Notes under the pieces: generated by a model
Seen by the model: only the letters and a program-made list of their open reading frames with translations
Told to the model about the DNA's origin: nothing
Databases searched by the model: none
In this document: positions 1-7,622 of the stretch, piece after piece
Layout: each line of letters opens with the position of its first letter
How positions within the stretch are numbered: position 1 is the stretch's first letter
Program-made: the position numbers and the translations under genes
Assembly (NCBI GenBank): GCA_016191105.1
Contig: JACPPH010000009.1
Span: 1 to 46,951, forward strand
DNA length: 46,951 nt
Reading direction: 5' to 3'
From: Candidatus Saccharimonadota bacterium
GTDB lineage: Bacteria; Patescibacteriota; Saccharimonadia; CAILAD01; BJGX01

Positions 1-1
1 C

Positions 2-304
2 TGCCAGCTCCAAGGCCAGCTGCCCTTGCCACGGCAGCTGCTAATTAGTGAGCTAGACTGCTGGGCCAACCAACTCACCAGCCTGCCAGAGCTGCCGGCC
101 AGCTTGCAGCGGCTGTACTGCTACTCCAACCAACTCACCAGCCTGCCAGAGCTGCCGGCCAGCTTGCAGCGGCTGTACTGCTACTCCAACCAACTCACCA
201 GCCTGCCAGAGCTGCCGGCCAGCTTGCAGCGGCTAGAATGCCGCCACAACCACCTTGATGCTGCCACCCAAGCTAGGCTACGCCAGCGCGGCTTTAGCTA
301 TTAG
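2..304 (+). CDS. C-terminal part of a leucine-rich-repeat protein (20-residue LPX / IpaH-SspH-YopM-type LRRs); the 5' end lies outside the window
   Basis: The frame is open from the window edge. It contains consecutive units NQLTSLPELPASLQRLYCYS that fit LxxLPxLPxxLxxLxxxxNxL. The stop is TAG at 302-304, and the segment is G+C-rich relative to its neighbours. Confidence 0.75.
   Translation, partial: CQLQGQLPLPRQLLISELDCWANQLTSLPELPASLQRLYCYSNQLTSLPELPASLQRLYCYSNQLTSLPELPASLQRLECRHNHLDAATQARLRQRGFSY
61..240 (+). repeat. Tandem 60-bp repeat, about 3 units, coding for the LRR units
   Basis: Positions 68-120, 128-180 and 188-234 are identical base for base, and 121-180 equals 181-234. This was read directly from the sequence lines. 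Confidence 0.95.
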
Positions 305-866
305 GCAAGTCTTTAGTAGTCTGGGCATACGGTTCGGGGTTTTCCCAAATGTCGTCGTGTTGACCCGCAAACCTGTATACATCCCAGCCATTTTTACTAG
401 CTAACTCTCGCACAGCACTTGAATTCGCAAAGTAGTCTTGATCGTTTTGCAGTAGCACAGTTTTTGGTATATTGAGATTAAAATGGTCTCGATTGGGTTT
501 GTAGGCTCGCCACATTTTTAGATTGTGCTTAGGGCGAGCAAAAAAGTAATATATGTTCCAGTTCATTTTTTTGAGCCATTTTACTGTGCCTTGATCACTT
601 TTGTAGCCCAGAAAGTCGCCTGTGGTCTTTTTTATAAGCCTCCCGGGTAGCTTTCGGCCAGGCCAATGCGGCACGCCACACATGATTGCAACTTCGGCTT
701 TTGAATCAGCGGGTATCACATAGCATCCGCCAGAATGCGTTAAAACCACGTCGGCTTTCTTGGGATCCTTAACTACCTCAAGGGCCTGCTTGCGCAATTC
801 GACCTCTAGCTTGCGGCTATGGCGTGGCCCTTCTGTAAGACCATGAATTATGGCTACCTTTTTCAT
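294..866 (-). CDS. Hypothetical protein, possibly alpha/beta-hydrolase-like
   Basis: The ORF is open, with MKKVAIIHG as the likely start (ATG at 866). An LTHSGGC motif resembles a GxSxG nucleophile elbow. I do not recognise a family. Confidence 0.5.
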   Translation of the reverse strand: MKKVAIIHGLTEGPRHSRKLEVELRKQALEVVKDPKKADVVLTHSGGCYVIPADSKAEVAIMCGVPHWPGRKLPGRLIKKTTGDFLGYKSDQGTVKWLKKMNWNIYYFFARPKHNLKMWRAYKPNRDHFNLNIPKTVLLQNDQDYFANSSAVRELASKNGWDVYRFAGQHDDIWENPEPYAQTTKDLPNS

Positions 867-997
867 ATCACATCTAATTCTACACAAAAGACATTGAAGG
901 GTCGATGAAATAAAAGGCACAATCGAAACTCGAAGCGAGGCGTAGTCAATCTACGGCGAGTAAGACTCGGAGATTGTAACGTGGTAGTTTGCGATCT

Positions 998-1798
998 TTA
1001 AAAGTCGAGCGTTACACTTACCGGGCAGTGATCGGACCCCATAACTTCTGAGTGGATTTCAGCTTTTTTAATATGCGGCACCAAACTTTTACTGGCCAAC
1101 CAGTAATCTATGCGCCACCCCACATTGTTAGCCCTGGCATTGGCCCAGTGAGTCCACCAGCTGTAGTATCCGTTGCCCTTGGTAAATAATCTAAAAGTAT
1201 CTACAAAGCCAGCATCTACAAACTTATCAAAACCCTCGCGCTCTTCGGCGGTAAAGCCCTTTTTGCCCACATTAGGCTTGGGCCGAGCTAGGTCGTCTTC
1301 GGTGTGGGCTACGTTTAGGTCGCCACAAAACAGCACTGGCTTCTTCTTTTCTAGTGCTTTGCAGTATTCCAAAAAGGCCGGGTCCCAGTGTTTGTGTCGC
1401 AGTGGTATGCGACTAAGATCGTCTTTGGCATTGGGCGTGTATACGGTTACGACCGTGAATTTATCGAATTCGGCCGCGATCACTCGCCCTTCGGCGCTGC
1501 TGTCACGATCCTTATCGTCTAATAGGTGATATTTTTTGGCAATGGCTTCGGGAAAGTCATTCATAACCTTAACCGGCTTAAGTTTGGTGAATATGGCTGT
1601 GCCGCTATAGCCCTTCTTTTCGGCCGAATTCCAAAACTCCTCGTAGCCCTTAATATCGATCTCGGCTTGGCCTTGCTGAGCCTTGGTTTCTTGCAAGCAC
1701 AATATGTCGGGTTTGTATTTGTTCACAAACGGCACAAACTCGTCTTTACGAATCACCGCACGAATGCCGTTTACGTTCCAAGAAAATAGTTTAATCAT
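998..1798 (-). CDS. xth: Exodeoxyribonuclease III (AP endonuclease, EEP fold)
   Basis: It starts MIKLFSWNVNGIRA and contains LCLQETK, GDLNVAH and a C-terminal SDHCPV. The ATG at 1798 overlaps the upstream stop as ATGA. Confidence 0.9.
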   Translation of the reverse strand: MIKLFSWNVNGIRAVIRKDEFVPFVNKYKPDILCLQETKAQQGQAEIDIKGYEEFWNSAEKKGYSGTAIFTKLKPVKVMNDFPEAIAKKYHLLDDKDRDSSAEGRVIAAEFDKFTVVTVYTPNAKDDLSRIPLRHKHWDPAFLEYCKALEKKKPVLFCGDLNVAHTEDDLARPKPNVGKKGFTAEEREGFDKFVDAGFVDTFRLFTKGNGYYSWWTHWANARANNVGWRIDYWLASKSLVPHIKKAEIHSEVMGSDHCPVSVTLDF

Positions 1799-2460
1799 TT
1801 TATGCTTTTTAAATTGGCCTGGCGAAGACCCATGGTTGCTAATAGCATTTTTCCTTGCCAAACCGAGTCATCAACAGCTTTGTGGCTAAATTCATCTTTG
1901 GGCCTTAGGTAATCAGGGAGCTTTGATTTAGAAGTTTGCCCCCACGAGTTCAAGTCGAGCTCACCAAATGCCTGAGATGGAATGTCTAGTGGTTTGATTT
2001 CAAAAGGAAATTTTTTACCGACAGTCTCATAATACAGCCAGAGTAAAGAATGATCGTAGCCGGCGTTAAAACCCACAAAAACTAGCCGTTGCTTGTTGTG
2101 CATTTGCTGTAGAGAACTAAGCCATTGGTCTAGCTTTTCAATGACTTCATCTGCTTCTGGCGCATCAGCCATAGCATCTGGATCTAAGCCTACCGACTTG
2201 CAAAATTCTCTATTGCTCGGTATAAACCCCATGCCCTCAACAGGTCTTACATCTGATTCAAATGTGTTGGTTAAGTCTAAACAATCTGCTGCACCAACCT
2301 GTAACAGCGAGCCTTTACCGGCAATTCCGTCTGACTCTAAATCTATTGAGACAAACAGATCGGGGGAGTTCTTAAGAACTTCTAGACCGCTACCCATCAA
2401 AGCCTCAAGTTCATACTTGGGAGCTGGGTTAAGTTCGTTATTGTCTCTAAATTCGCTCAT
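1795..2460 (-). CDS. DEDDh-type 3'-5' exonuclease-like protein
   Basis: Three motifs are present: DLESDG (ExoI), GFNAGYDHSLL (ExoII) and HKAVDD (ExoIII, H-x4-D). Confidence 0.6.
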   Translation of the reverse strand: MSEFRDNNELNPAPKYELEALMGSGLEVLKNSPDLFVSIDLESDGIAGKGSLLQVGAADCLDLTNTFESDVRPVEGMGFIPSNREFCKSVGLDPDAMADAPEADEVIEKLDQWLSSLQQMHNKQRLVFVGFNAGYDHSLLWLYYETVGKKFPFEIKPLDIPSQAFGELDLNSWGQTSKSKLPDYLRPKDEFSHKAVDDSVWQGKMLLATMGLRQANLKSIK

Positions 2461-2476
2461 AGCAGTAATTATAGCA

Positions 2477-2501
2477 GATCCTTCGACAAGCTCAGGATGA
2501 C
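2477..2501. repeat. Short intergenic hairpin element ending in CAGGATGAC
   Basis: The sequence is gatccttcgacaagctcaggatgac (ATCCT/AGGAT stem). It has the same ...CAGGA(A/T)GAC ending as the elements at 20540 and 39219. Confidence 0.5.
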
Positions 2502-2567
2502 GGCACCAGAAACGGCAAAGGCCCCCGACGATGAGGTCGGGTGACCTTCGTCGAGAGCCGTGTGAGA

Positions 2568-2729
2568 CTACTTGCTGCGTGGCTCATAGTCGAGACCTCG
2601 AGCCTTGCGCCATTCGGCACACTCGATTGCGTACCGCTCTTGCGCTTCTTCGTCGCTGAGTTCGGGATGCTTACGCCTGAACACCGTGATCGAGGGAAAG
2701 GCGACCGGCACCTCTTGTTCGTCGGTCAT
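2568..2729 (-). CDS. Small hypothetical protein (53 aa), translationally coupled to the purH N-domain gene
   Basis: The ATG at 2729-2727 overlaps the TGA at 2728-2726 (ATGA). The ORF is G+C-rich, and the product is MTDEQEVPVAFPSITVFRRKHPELSDEEAQERYAIECAEWRKARGLDYEPRSK. Confidence 0.5.
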   Translation of the reverse strand: MTDEQEVPVAFPSITVFRRKHPELSDEEAQERYAIECAEWRKARGLDYEPRSK

Positions 2730-3490
2730 CCCACTTGGTCTGGCGCCAGCCCCGGGAACACCGATCCGCACACCGGGCAGGCGTACATGCTGCCCGCACG
2801 GAGCGTCTCGATGCCGTCCAATATGCAGTACGGAGCCCGCACCACAACATCCTCGAACAACTCCGGGTTCTCCGTGCGGATCCAGCTGCGGATCTGCGCG
2901 TCGTAGTTGGAGGTGGTGTCATACGCCTTGTAGGCCAGGCGCTTGCGGGTGCTGGGAGTCAGCATGCCATCATCGGTCTCGGCCAGCTCCTCGAGCACCT
3001 CGGAGTAATCGTTGGGGTCCACCACCACGCCCACATACTCATGGTTCTTGGCGGCTGCTCGCACCATGGCCGGCCCGCCAATGTCGATCAGCTCGATCGA
3101 CGGGTCGGAGCTGAATGGGTACAGGTTGACCACCACCAGGTCGATGGCCTCGATGTCGTAGTCCACCATGTCGGCCCGGTGATCTGGATCGTTGCGATCG
3201 GCCAAGATGCCGCCGTGCACCTTGGGATGCAGGGTGACAACCCGGTGCCCCAAGATGGCCGGGTATCCAGTCAGCTCAGCCACGTCGGTGACCGGTATGC
3301 CCTTTTCGGCGATCTTCTTGGCCGTGCCACCCGAGCTGAGAATCTCCCAGCCCAGAGCGTGCAGACCTCGTGCCAGCTCAACCACATCGGTCTTGTCGTA
3401 GACCGAGATCAGCGCCTTCTTGGGCTTCGGCTTGGTTGTTGTCTCCTCTGCCGATTCCTTGGGCGCTTGCAATGTTTGCGTGTCGGTCAT
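2726..3490 (-). CDS. purH: Stand-alone IMP cyclohydrolase (PurH N-terminal MGS-like domain only) with an unrelated Cys-containing C-terminal tail
   Basis: ALISVYDKT, LSSGGTAKK, VTLHPKVHGGIL, VVVNLYPF and IDIGGPAMVRAAAKNH are colinear with the N domain of E. coli PurH. No RYGENxHQ motif or transformylase part is present. The gene is G+C-rich. Confidence 0.85.
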   Translation of the reverse strand: MTDTQTLQAPKESAEETTTKPKPKKALISVYDKTDVVELARGLHALGWEILSSGGTAKKIAEKGIPVTDVAELTGYPAILGHRVVTLHPKVHGGILADRNDPDHRADMVDYDIEAIDLVVVNLYPFSSDPSIELIDIGGPAMVRAAAKNHEYVGVVVDPNDYSEVLEELAETDDGMLTPSTRKRLAYKAYDTTSNYDAQIRSWIRTENPELFEDVVVRAPYCILDGIETLRAGSMYACPVCGSVFPGLAPDQVG

Positions 3491-3569
3491 GATGACCCTT
3501 CTTTCACTCGTTGGTTCAGACTTTTGTCCAAACTACAGTTTGCTGATTTTTTGCCGTAAAAACAAGCAC

Positions 3570-3600
3570 AACAAAAAACGATCTGTTATTCAGATCGTTT
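3570..3600 (-). terminator. Rho-independent terminator (perfect 10-bp stem plus T-run on the minus strand)
   Basis: The stem is aaacgatctg / cagatcgttt (3576-3600), and the plus-strand A-run at 3571-3578 gives a U-run on the minus strand. Confidence 0.6.
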
Positions 3601-3619
3601 AAACGGCCAATTTTGTGCG

Positions 3620-3679
3620 ATAAAAATCACGTGCGGACCAGCAAGAGCCTTGCTCTAACAAACGTACTTGTCCGCACGT
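3620..3679 (-). terminator. Long stem-loop terminator downstream of the 56-aa ORF
   Basis: acgtgcggac (3629-3638) pairs with gtccgcacgt (3670-3679), with an inner AGCAAG/CTTGCT hairpin. On the minus strand it is followed by GATTTTTA. Confidence 0.55.
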
Positions 3680-3724
3680 CAGACATTTATCTTTCCCAAA
3701 CCATCACCTTTCGCTCGGGCCGTG

Positions 3725-3895
3725 TTATTTAGTGTTATTTTTAGTGTGCATTTTACCGAATGCTCGAGTCTGCATTCGCTCGGCTTTAGCAGCCCATTTG
3801 GTTGCCATTTCGTCTAGTATGTCTTCAACGATTTGGCGATCGCGCAACAGATTACGATTAGCTCGCCTAAACTGTCGCATAACGCGTTTCTTCAT
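3725..3895 (-). CDS. Small basic hypothetical protein (56 aa), absent from the ORF track
   Basis: GGGAGGTGAG lies 6-7 nt upstream of the ATG at 3895. The product is MKKRVMRQFRRANRNLLRDRQIVEDILDEMATKWAAKAERMQTRAFGKMHTKNNTK, with TAA at 3725-3727 followed by two terminators. Confidence 0.45.
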   Translation of the reverse strand: MKKRVMRQFRRANRNLLRDRQIVEDILDEMATKWAAKAERMQTRAFGKMHTKNNTK

Positions 3896-4032
3896 AGTAT
3901 CTCACCTCCCTTCTCAAAAGTAAGAGTACTATTAATATTATACACCCGCGCGGTGCAAAACGTGACCAAATTCTTACAAATTATTTGCAAAATGTATCGC
4001 CAGATGCGCCAAAATAGTAGAATACTATTGTT

Positions 4033-5064
4033 ATGAAACCGCAGCTTCAAGAACATGTCGATTTGGCTCAGCTTACCACCTTTAAAATGGGCGGCACGGC
4101 TCGCTATTTTATCGAAGTTACTCAAGCCGAAGAACTAAAAGACATCTTTGCCTGGATAAAATCCGAAGGGTTACCATATTTCATCCTCTCCGGTGGCAGC
4201 AACACAATCTTCGACGACGGCGAGTTTGATGGTGTGGTTATAAGGATCAATATTGAGGGTTTTAAGGTTGCGGAGCAGGATCAGCAGTCCTGTACAGTTC
4301 AAGTTGGTGCTGGCGAGGTTTGGGACGGCGTGGTTGCTAAATCTGTCGAGATGGGCTTAAGCGGCATTGAGGCTCTCTCGGGTATCCCTGGGCTGGCTGG
4401 CACAGCGCCGGTTCAAAACATTGGTGCCTATGGACAAGAAATATCGGATTGCCTAGAGTATTTGTTGGCCTTCGATACCCAGACTATGCAGATTGAGCAA
4501 ATCTCGCATTACAGCTGCAAATTTGGCTACCGTGACAGCATTTTTAAATCTAGTGCCAAGGGTCGCTACATAATCACCTCGATTGTTCTTAAACTATCTA
4601 AACAGTTTGGCACTATCACCCACTACAAAGATGTGGTTGAATACTTTTCAAACCATTCAGATCTTCAAAAATCCCCGGCCACAGTTCGGGCGGCAGTGCT
4701 AGAAATCAGAAAGTCAAAATTTGCCAACCCCGCCGATAAACCGAATGCTGGCTCTTTCTTTAAAAACCCAATCGTTTCAAGCCAAACCTATCAAGCTGTC
4801 GCCATGCTTAATCCGAATATGCCCCACTACCCGCAAAAAGATGGGCGCGAAAAACTTTCGGCGGGCTGGCTTATAGAAAATTGCGATCTTAAGGGCTACA
4901 AGTCTGGCCGGGTTCAGGTCGACCCCAAACATGCTCTTGTTCTCGAAAATACTGGTGGCGCCAAGACTGAGGAGCTAAAGAAGTTAAGAGATTATATAAT
5001 TCAAAAAGTCCACGAACGGTTCGGCATAACACTCGAGCCCGAACCCGAGATCGTGAACTTTTGA
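4033..5064 (+). CDS. murB: UDP-N-acetylenolpyruvoylglucosamine reductase
   Basis: It has the FAD-binding N-terminus (LTTFKMGGTARYF, LSGGSNT) and the MurB C-terminal GSFFKNP and AGWLIE motifs. Confidence 0.9.
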   Translation: MKPQLQEHVDLAQLTTFKMGGTARYFIEVTQAEELKDIFAWIKSEGLPYFILSGGSNTIFDDGEFDGVVIRINIEGFKVAEQDQQSCTVQVGAGEVWDGVVAKSVEMGLSGIEALSGIPGLAGTAPVQNIGAYGQEISDCLEYLLAFDTQTMQIEQISHYSCKFGYRDSIFKSSAKGRYIITSIVLKLSKQFGTITHYKDVVEYFSNHSDLQKSPATVRAAVLEIRKSKFANPADKPNAGSFFKNPIVSSQTYQAVAMLNPNMPHYPQKDGREKLSAGWLIENCDLKGYKSGRVQVDPKHALVLENTGGAKTEELKKLRDYIIQKVHERFGITLEPEPEIVNF

Positions 5065-5073
5065 ATCTTTTGG

Positions 5074-5493
5074 CTAGTTTATGGCGTAAACAATAGCCGC
5101 CATTACTACTAAGGTAACTAGCTGATTACCCAAGTTGAGCGCCATAAGCTTGGGTGAGCGTTTTTCGAACACCCCGCCACCTACAGCGTAGGTAACAACA
5201 AAGCCCAGCCAGATCCACAGGGCCACTTTAATGGCTTGGAAGTAGCTGTCTGGAGCAGCAATTACAATAAATCTTTTTAAAACAAATGCGCTTACGAAGG
5301 CCATTACCAACATTATTATCATGCCCTTGGCAAAGCCAGACTTCATGTCGCTGTCTTTTAAGCCGACTTCCTTTTGCCACATGGTGCCAAATACTGGCTT
5401 GGCATACCATATACTACCAATTATCATGGCAGCAACAGTAGCTAAAACAATCCCTAACCAGTTGGCAGTAAAGAAACTCAACATGTCATTCAC
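5074..5493 (-). CDS. DUF1761-like integral membrane protein
   Basis: It has four hydrophobic segments, and the N-terminal NWLGIVLATVAAMIIGSIWYAKPVFGTMW pattern is typical of DUF1761. Confidence 0.6.
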   Translation of the reverse strand: MNDMLSFFTANWLGIVLATVAAMIIGSIWYAKPVFGTMWQKEVGLKDSDMKSGFAKGMIIMLVMAFVSAFVLKRFIVIAAPDSYFQAIKVALWIWLGFVVTYAVGGGVFEKRSPKLMALNLGNQLVTLVVMAAIVYAIN

Positions 5494-5550
5494 CTCCCTT
5501 CTTATTTAGTACTTATGCTTATTATTGCTTTGTGTGCACGAAAAAGCAAA

Positions 5551-5769
5551 TCAGTCAGACAGTTTTACAAATCTTGGCTGGCTTTTGCCTTCCCACTCCA
5601 CCGATTCTGCAAACATTTTGGCCGGCCTCACCCAAACCTGCGACTCTTTGTTCTCATACAAGCTAACATACGCTACCATTTCTTCTAACGTCTCAGAATG
5701 TTTGGCATTGGCCAATACTAGATATTTATTGCCTTTGTAGTGCTGGTAAATTCCGGGGCCGATTTTCAT
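5551..5769 (-). CDS. DUF1653-like small protein
   Basis: The YQHYKGNKYLVL...HSETLEEMVAYVSLY...VWVRPAKMF pattern is present. Its start overlaps the proS stop by 1 nt. Confidence 0.65.
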   Translation of the reverse strand: MKIGPGIYQHYKGNKYLVLANAKHSETLEEMVAYVSLYENKESQVWVRPAKMFAESVEWEGKSQPRFVKLSD

Positions 5770-7178
5770 TAATAAGCCTTGGCTAGAATTGTTTTATCTG
5801 GATCATCAAATGGGTAACAGCGCACCGTAATGCCATGCTTAGCCTTGAGCTCGGTTTCTTTTTTATCATCAATCTCAAAATCTGCACTTGCAAACTTGCC
5901 TTGCTCGACCGCTTCAACCAATTCTTTTTCGTCTTTTACAGGCACTGTATTCGAAGTTAGTTGATCTTGCGATGACTTAAGCAGGTTGGCCTGGATGTGG
6001 CCCAGGAGTTTTTCACAGTGGTTTTTAAGATCATCGAGCTTAACCGATGCTTTCTCAGATGTATCGCGGCGAACCACAACCACGGATTTAGATTCAACGT
6101 CGCGCGGGCCAATCTCGATTCGTATGGGTGCACCACGTTTTTCCCAAGCGAAAGCTTTCTCGCCAATGCGGGCATCGCGATCGTCAAGCTCGACATTGCC
6201 AAGCGCACCCAAGGAATCGGCGACCTGCTGAGCCGTTTTTTGAACATTGCCATCGGCATTTACCGTCATAATCACAGCTTTAATCGGTGCGAGTTTTGGC
6301 GGCAACACCAGACCCTTATCGTCGCCATGAGCCATAATTAAGCCACCAATGCTGCGAGTGCTTACTCCCCAGCTAGTCTGCCCAACATATTTTTGACTAC
6401 CATCCTCTGCACTATACTGGACATTAAAAGCTTTGGAGAAATTGTCGCCCAAATTATGCGAAGTGGCTATCTGCAGAGCCTTGCCGTCTTTCATCATAGC
6501 CTCTAGGGTATAGGTGGCTTTAGCGCCAGCAAAGCGCTCGGCCACACTTTTCTCGCCATCTATAGTTGCAATCGCCAATACGTTTGTCATAAGGTCTTGG
6601 TAAAATTCTAATACCTCCCTAGCAAACCCATCGGCTTCTTTAACGCTGGCATGAGCAGTGTGGCCTTCTTGCCACAAAAACTCTGTACTGCGCAGAAAAA
6701 GCCTAGGGCGCATTTCCCAGCGCACCACATTGGCCCACTGATTAATCTTAAATGGCAGGTCGCGATAACTATTAATCCATCTGCTGAAGCTCTCATACAT
6801 AATAGTTTCGCTGGTTGGGCGCACCACCAATGGTTCATCGAGCTTCTTACCGCCAGCATGGGTAACCACAGCTACTTCTGGTGCAAAGCCTTCGACATGC
6901 TTAGCCTCGCGATGCAGATAGCTTTCGGGTATAAAAATCGGGAAGTACATATTGGGTACACCGGCGGCATAAATACGTTGGCTCAATTCCTGTTGAATAC
7001 CTTCCCAAATGGCGTAACCATAAGGCTTAATTATCATGCTGCCCTTACTGGGCCCATGTTCAGCCAGATCGGCTGCCTCCACAACATCCTGATACCACCG
7101 GGGGAAATCTTGGTCTTGGGGAGTTATCTTTTTACTAGATCTGTCGGTACCAATAAAATAAGAGATTTGTTTTTTCAT
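5769..7178 (-). CDS. proS: Prolyl-tRNA synthetase, archaeal/eukaryote-like type
   Basis: It shows class II motifs, is 469 aa long with no bacterial INS editing domain, and has a C-terminal ...RCYPFDD...ILAKAY tail. Confidence 0.9.
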   Translation of the reverse strand: MKKQISYFIGTDRSSKKITPQDQDFPRWYQDVVEAADLAEHGPSKGSMIIKPYGYAIWEGIQQELSQRIYAAGVPNMYFPIFIPESYLHREAKHVEGFAPEVAVVTHAGGKKLDEPLVVRPTSETIMYESFSRWINSYRDLPFKINQWANVVRWEMRPRLFLRSTEFLWQEGHTAHASVKEADGFAREVLEFYQDLMTNVLAIATIDGEKSVAERFAGAKATYTLEAMMKDGKALQIATSHNLGDNFSKAFNVQYSAEDGSQKYVGQTSWGVSTRSIGGLIMAHGDDKGLVLPPKLAPIKAVIMTVNADGNVQKTAQQVADSLGALGNVELDDRDARIGEKAFAWEKRGAPIRIEIGPRDVESKSVVVVRRDTSEKASVKLDDLKNHCEKLLGHIQANLLKSSQDQLTSNTVPVKDEKELVEAVEQGKFASADFEIDDKKETELKAKHGITVRCYPFDDPDKTILAKAY

Positions 7179-7250
7179 ATTGTCATCAATTATAACCGAC
7201 TGTTATCAATTCCACCAGATTAGAGCTGGCAGAAATAGTGAATTTTCTTA

Positions 7251-7279
7251 TTGACTTTCCATAAGCTTTTTGGTAGACT
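7251..7279 (+). promoter_or_regulatory. Candidate sigma70-type promoter (TTGACT-17 nt-TAGACT)
   Basis: TTGACT is at 7251-7256 and TAGACT at 7274-7279 with a 17-nt spacer. It faces the GC-rich 7355-7665 segment. Confidence 0.4.
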
Positions 7280-7371
7280 GGTAATTCTCGTCTCAGGACG
7301 GGATTTTTAGTTGCGATGCCACAGCAGTATCAGACGACACCACAAAATACACACTCCGGGAGGAAAAAGCA

Positions 7372-7593
7372 GTGGCAAATGAAGATGCAACAGGGGGAAC
7401 CGAGGAGAGATTCGTGCCTCGGCTGGTGAATGGTCGCAACCCGAACGCTCGGATAAACACAGACCGCATGCGGATCTGGCAAAACGTTGGCCCCAAGTAC
7501 GGGCCTAGCGCGCCTCCCCAGCCCGACTGGACACCCGACGAGCTCAAGTGCCGAGCCCTACACCCCAGCAACCCTCAGCCCCCATCCGCCTAG
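7372..7593 (+). CDS. Candidate 73-aa Pro-rich hypothetical protein in a GC-rich islet (coding versus ncRNA is unresolved)
   Basis: GGAGG lies 8 nt upstream of a GTG start. Third codon positions are G/C-rich, and a terminator follows 30 nt after the TAG. I see no family match. Confidence 0.35.
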   Translation: MANEDATGGTEERFVPRLVNGRNPNARINTDRMRIWQNVGPKYGPSAPPQPDWTPDELKCRALHPSNPQPPSA

Positions 7594-7622
7594 AACGCAC
7601 GCTGGTGTTCTGGGTCTTACAG

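Noticed and set aside
61-240. CRISPR-like regular repeats.
   Set aside because: The units are contiguous 60-bp tandem copies with no unique spacers, and they lie in frame inside an LRR coding sequence.
2541-3559. Long ORFs on the opposite strand or in other frames of the islet genes. Examples are 2605-3114, 2735-3559, 2671-2922, 11856-12386, 12065-12688, 12707-13249, 18552-18975 and 18951-19576.
   Set aside because: These are typical shadow ORFs of G+C-rich genes: R/A/P/G-rich products with no SD. They fully overlap genes that have clear family signatures (purH halves, purB).
3732-4125. Track ORFs 3732-3923(+), 3833-4036(+) and 3892-4125(-).
   Set aside because: None has an SD. Two overlap the better-supported minus-strand 56-codon ORF, and the third overlaps the murB start.
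7553-7590. G-quadruplex motif on the minus strand (GGGGG-CUGA-GGG-UUGCU-GGGG-UGUA-GGG).
   Set aside because: It is simply the complement of a run of Pro/Ser codons in the candidate plus-strand ORF. Four G-tracts in a GC-rich segment are not surprising, and there is no supporting context.
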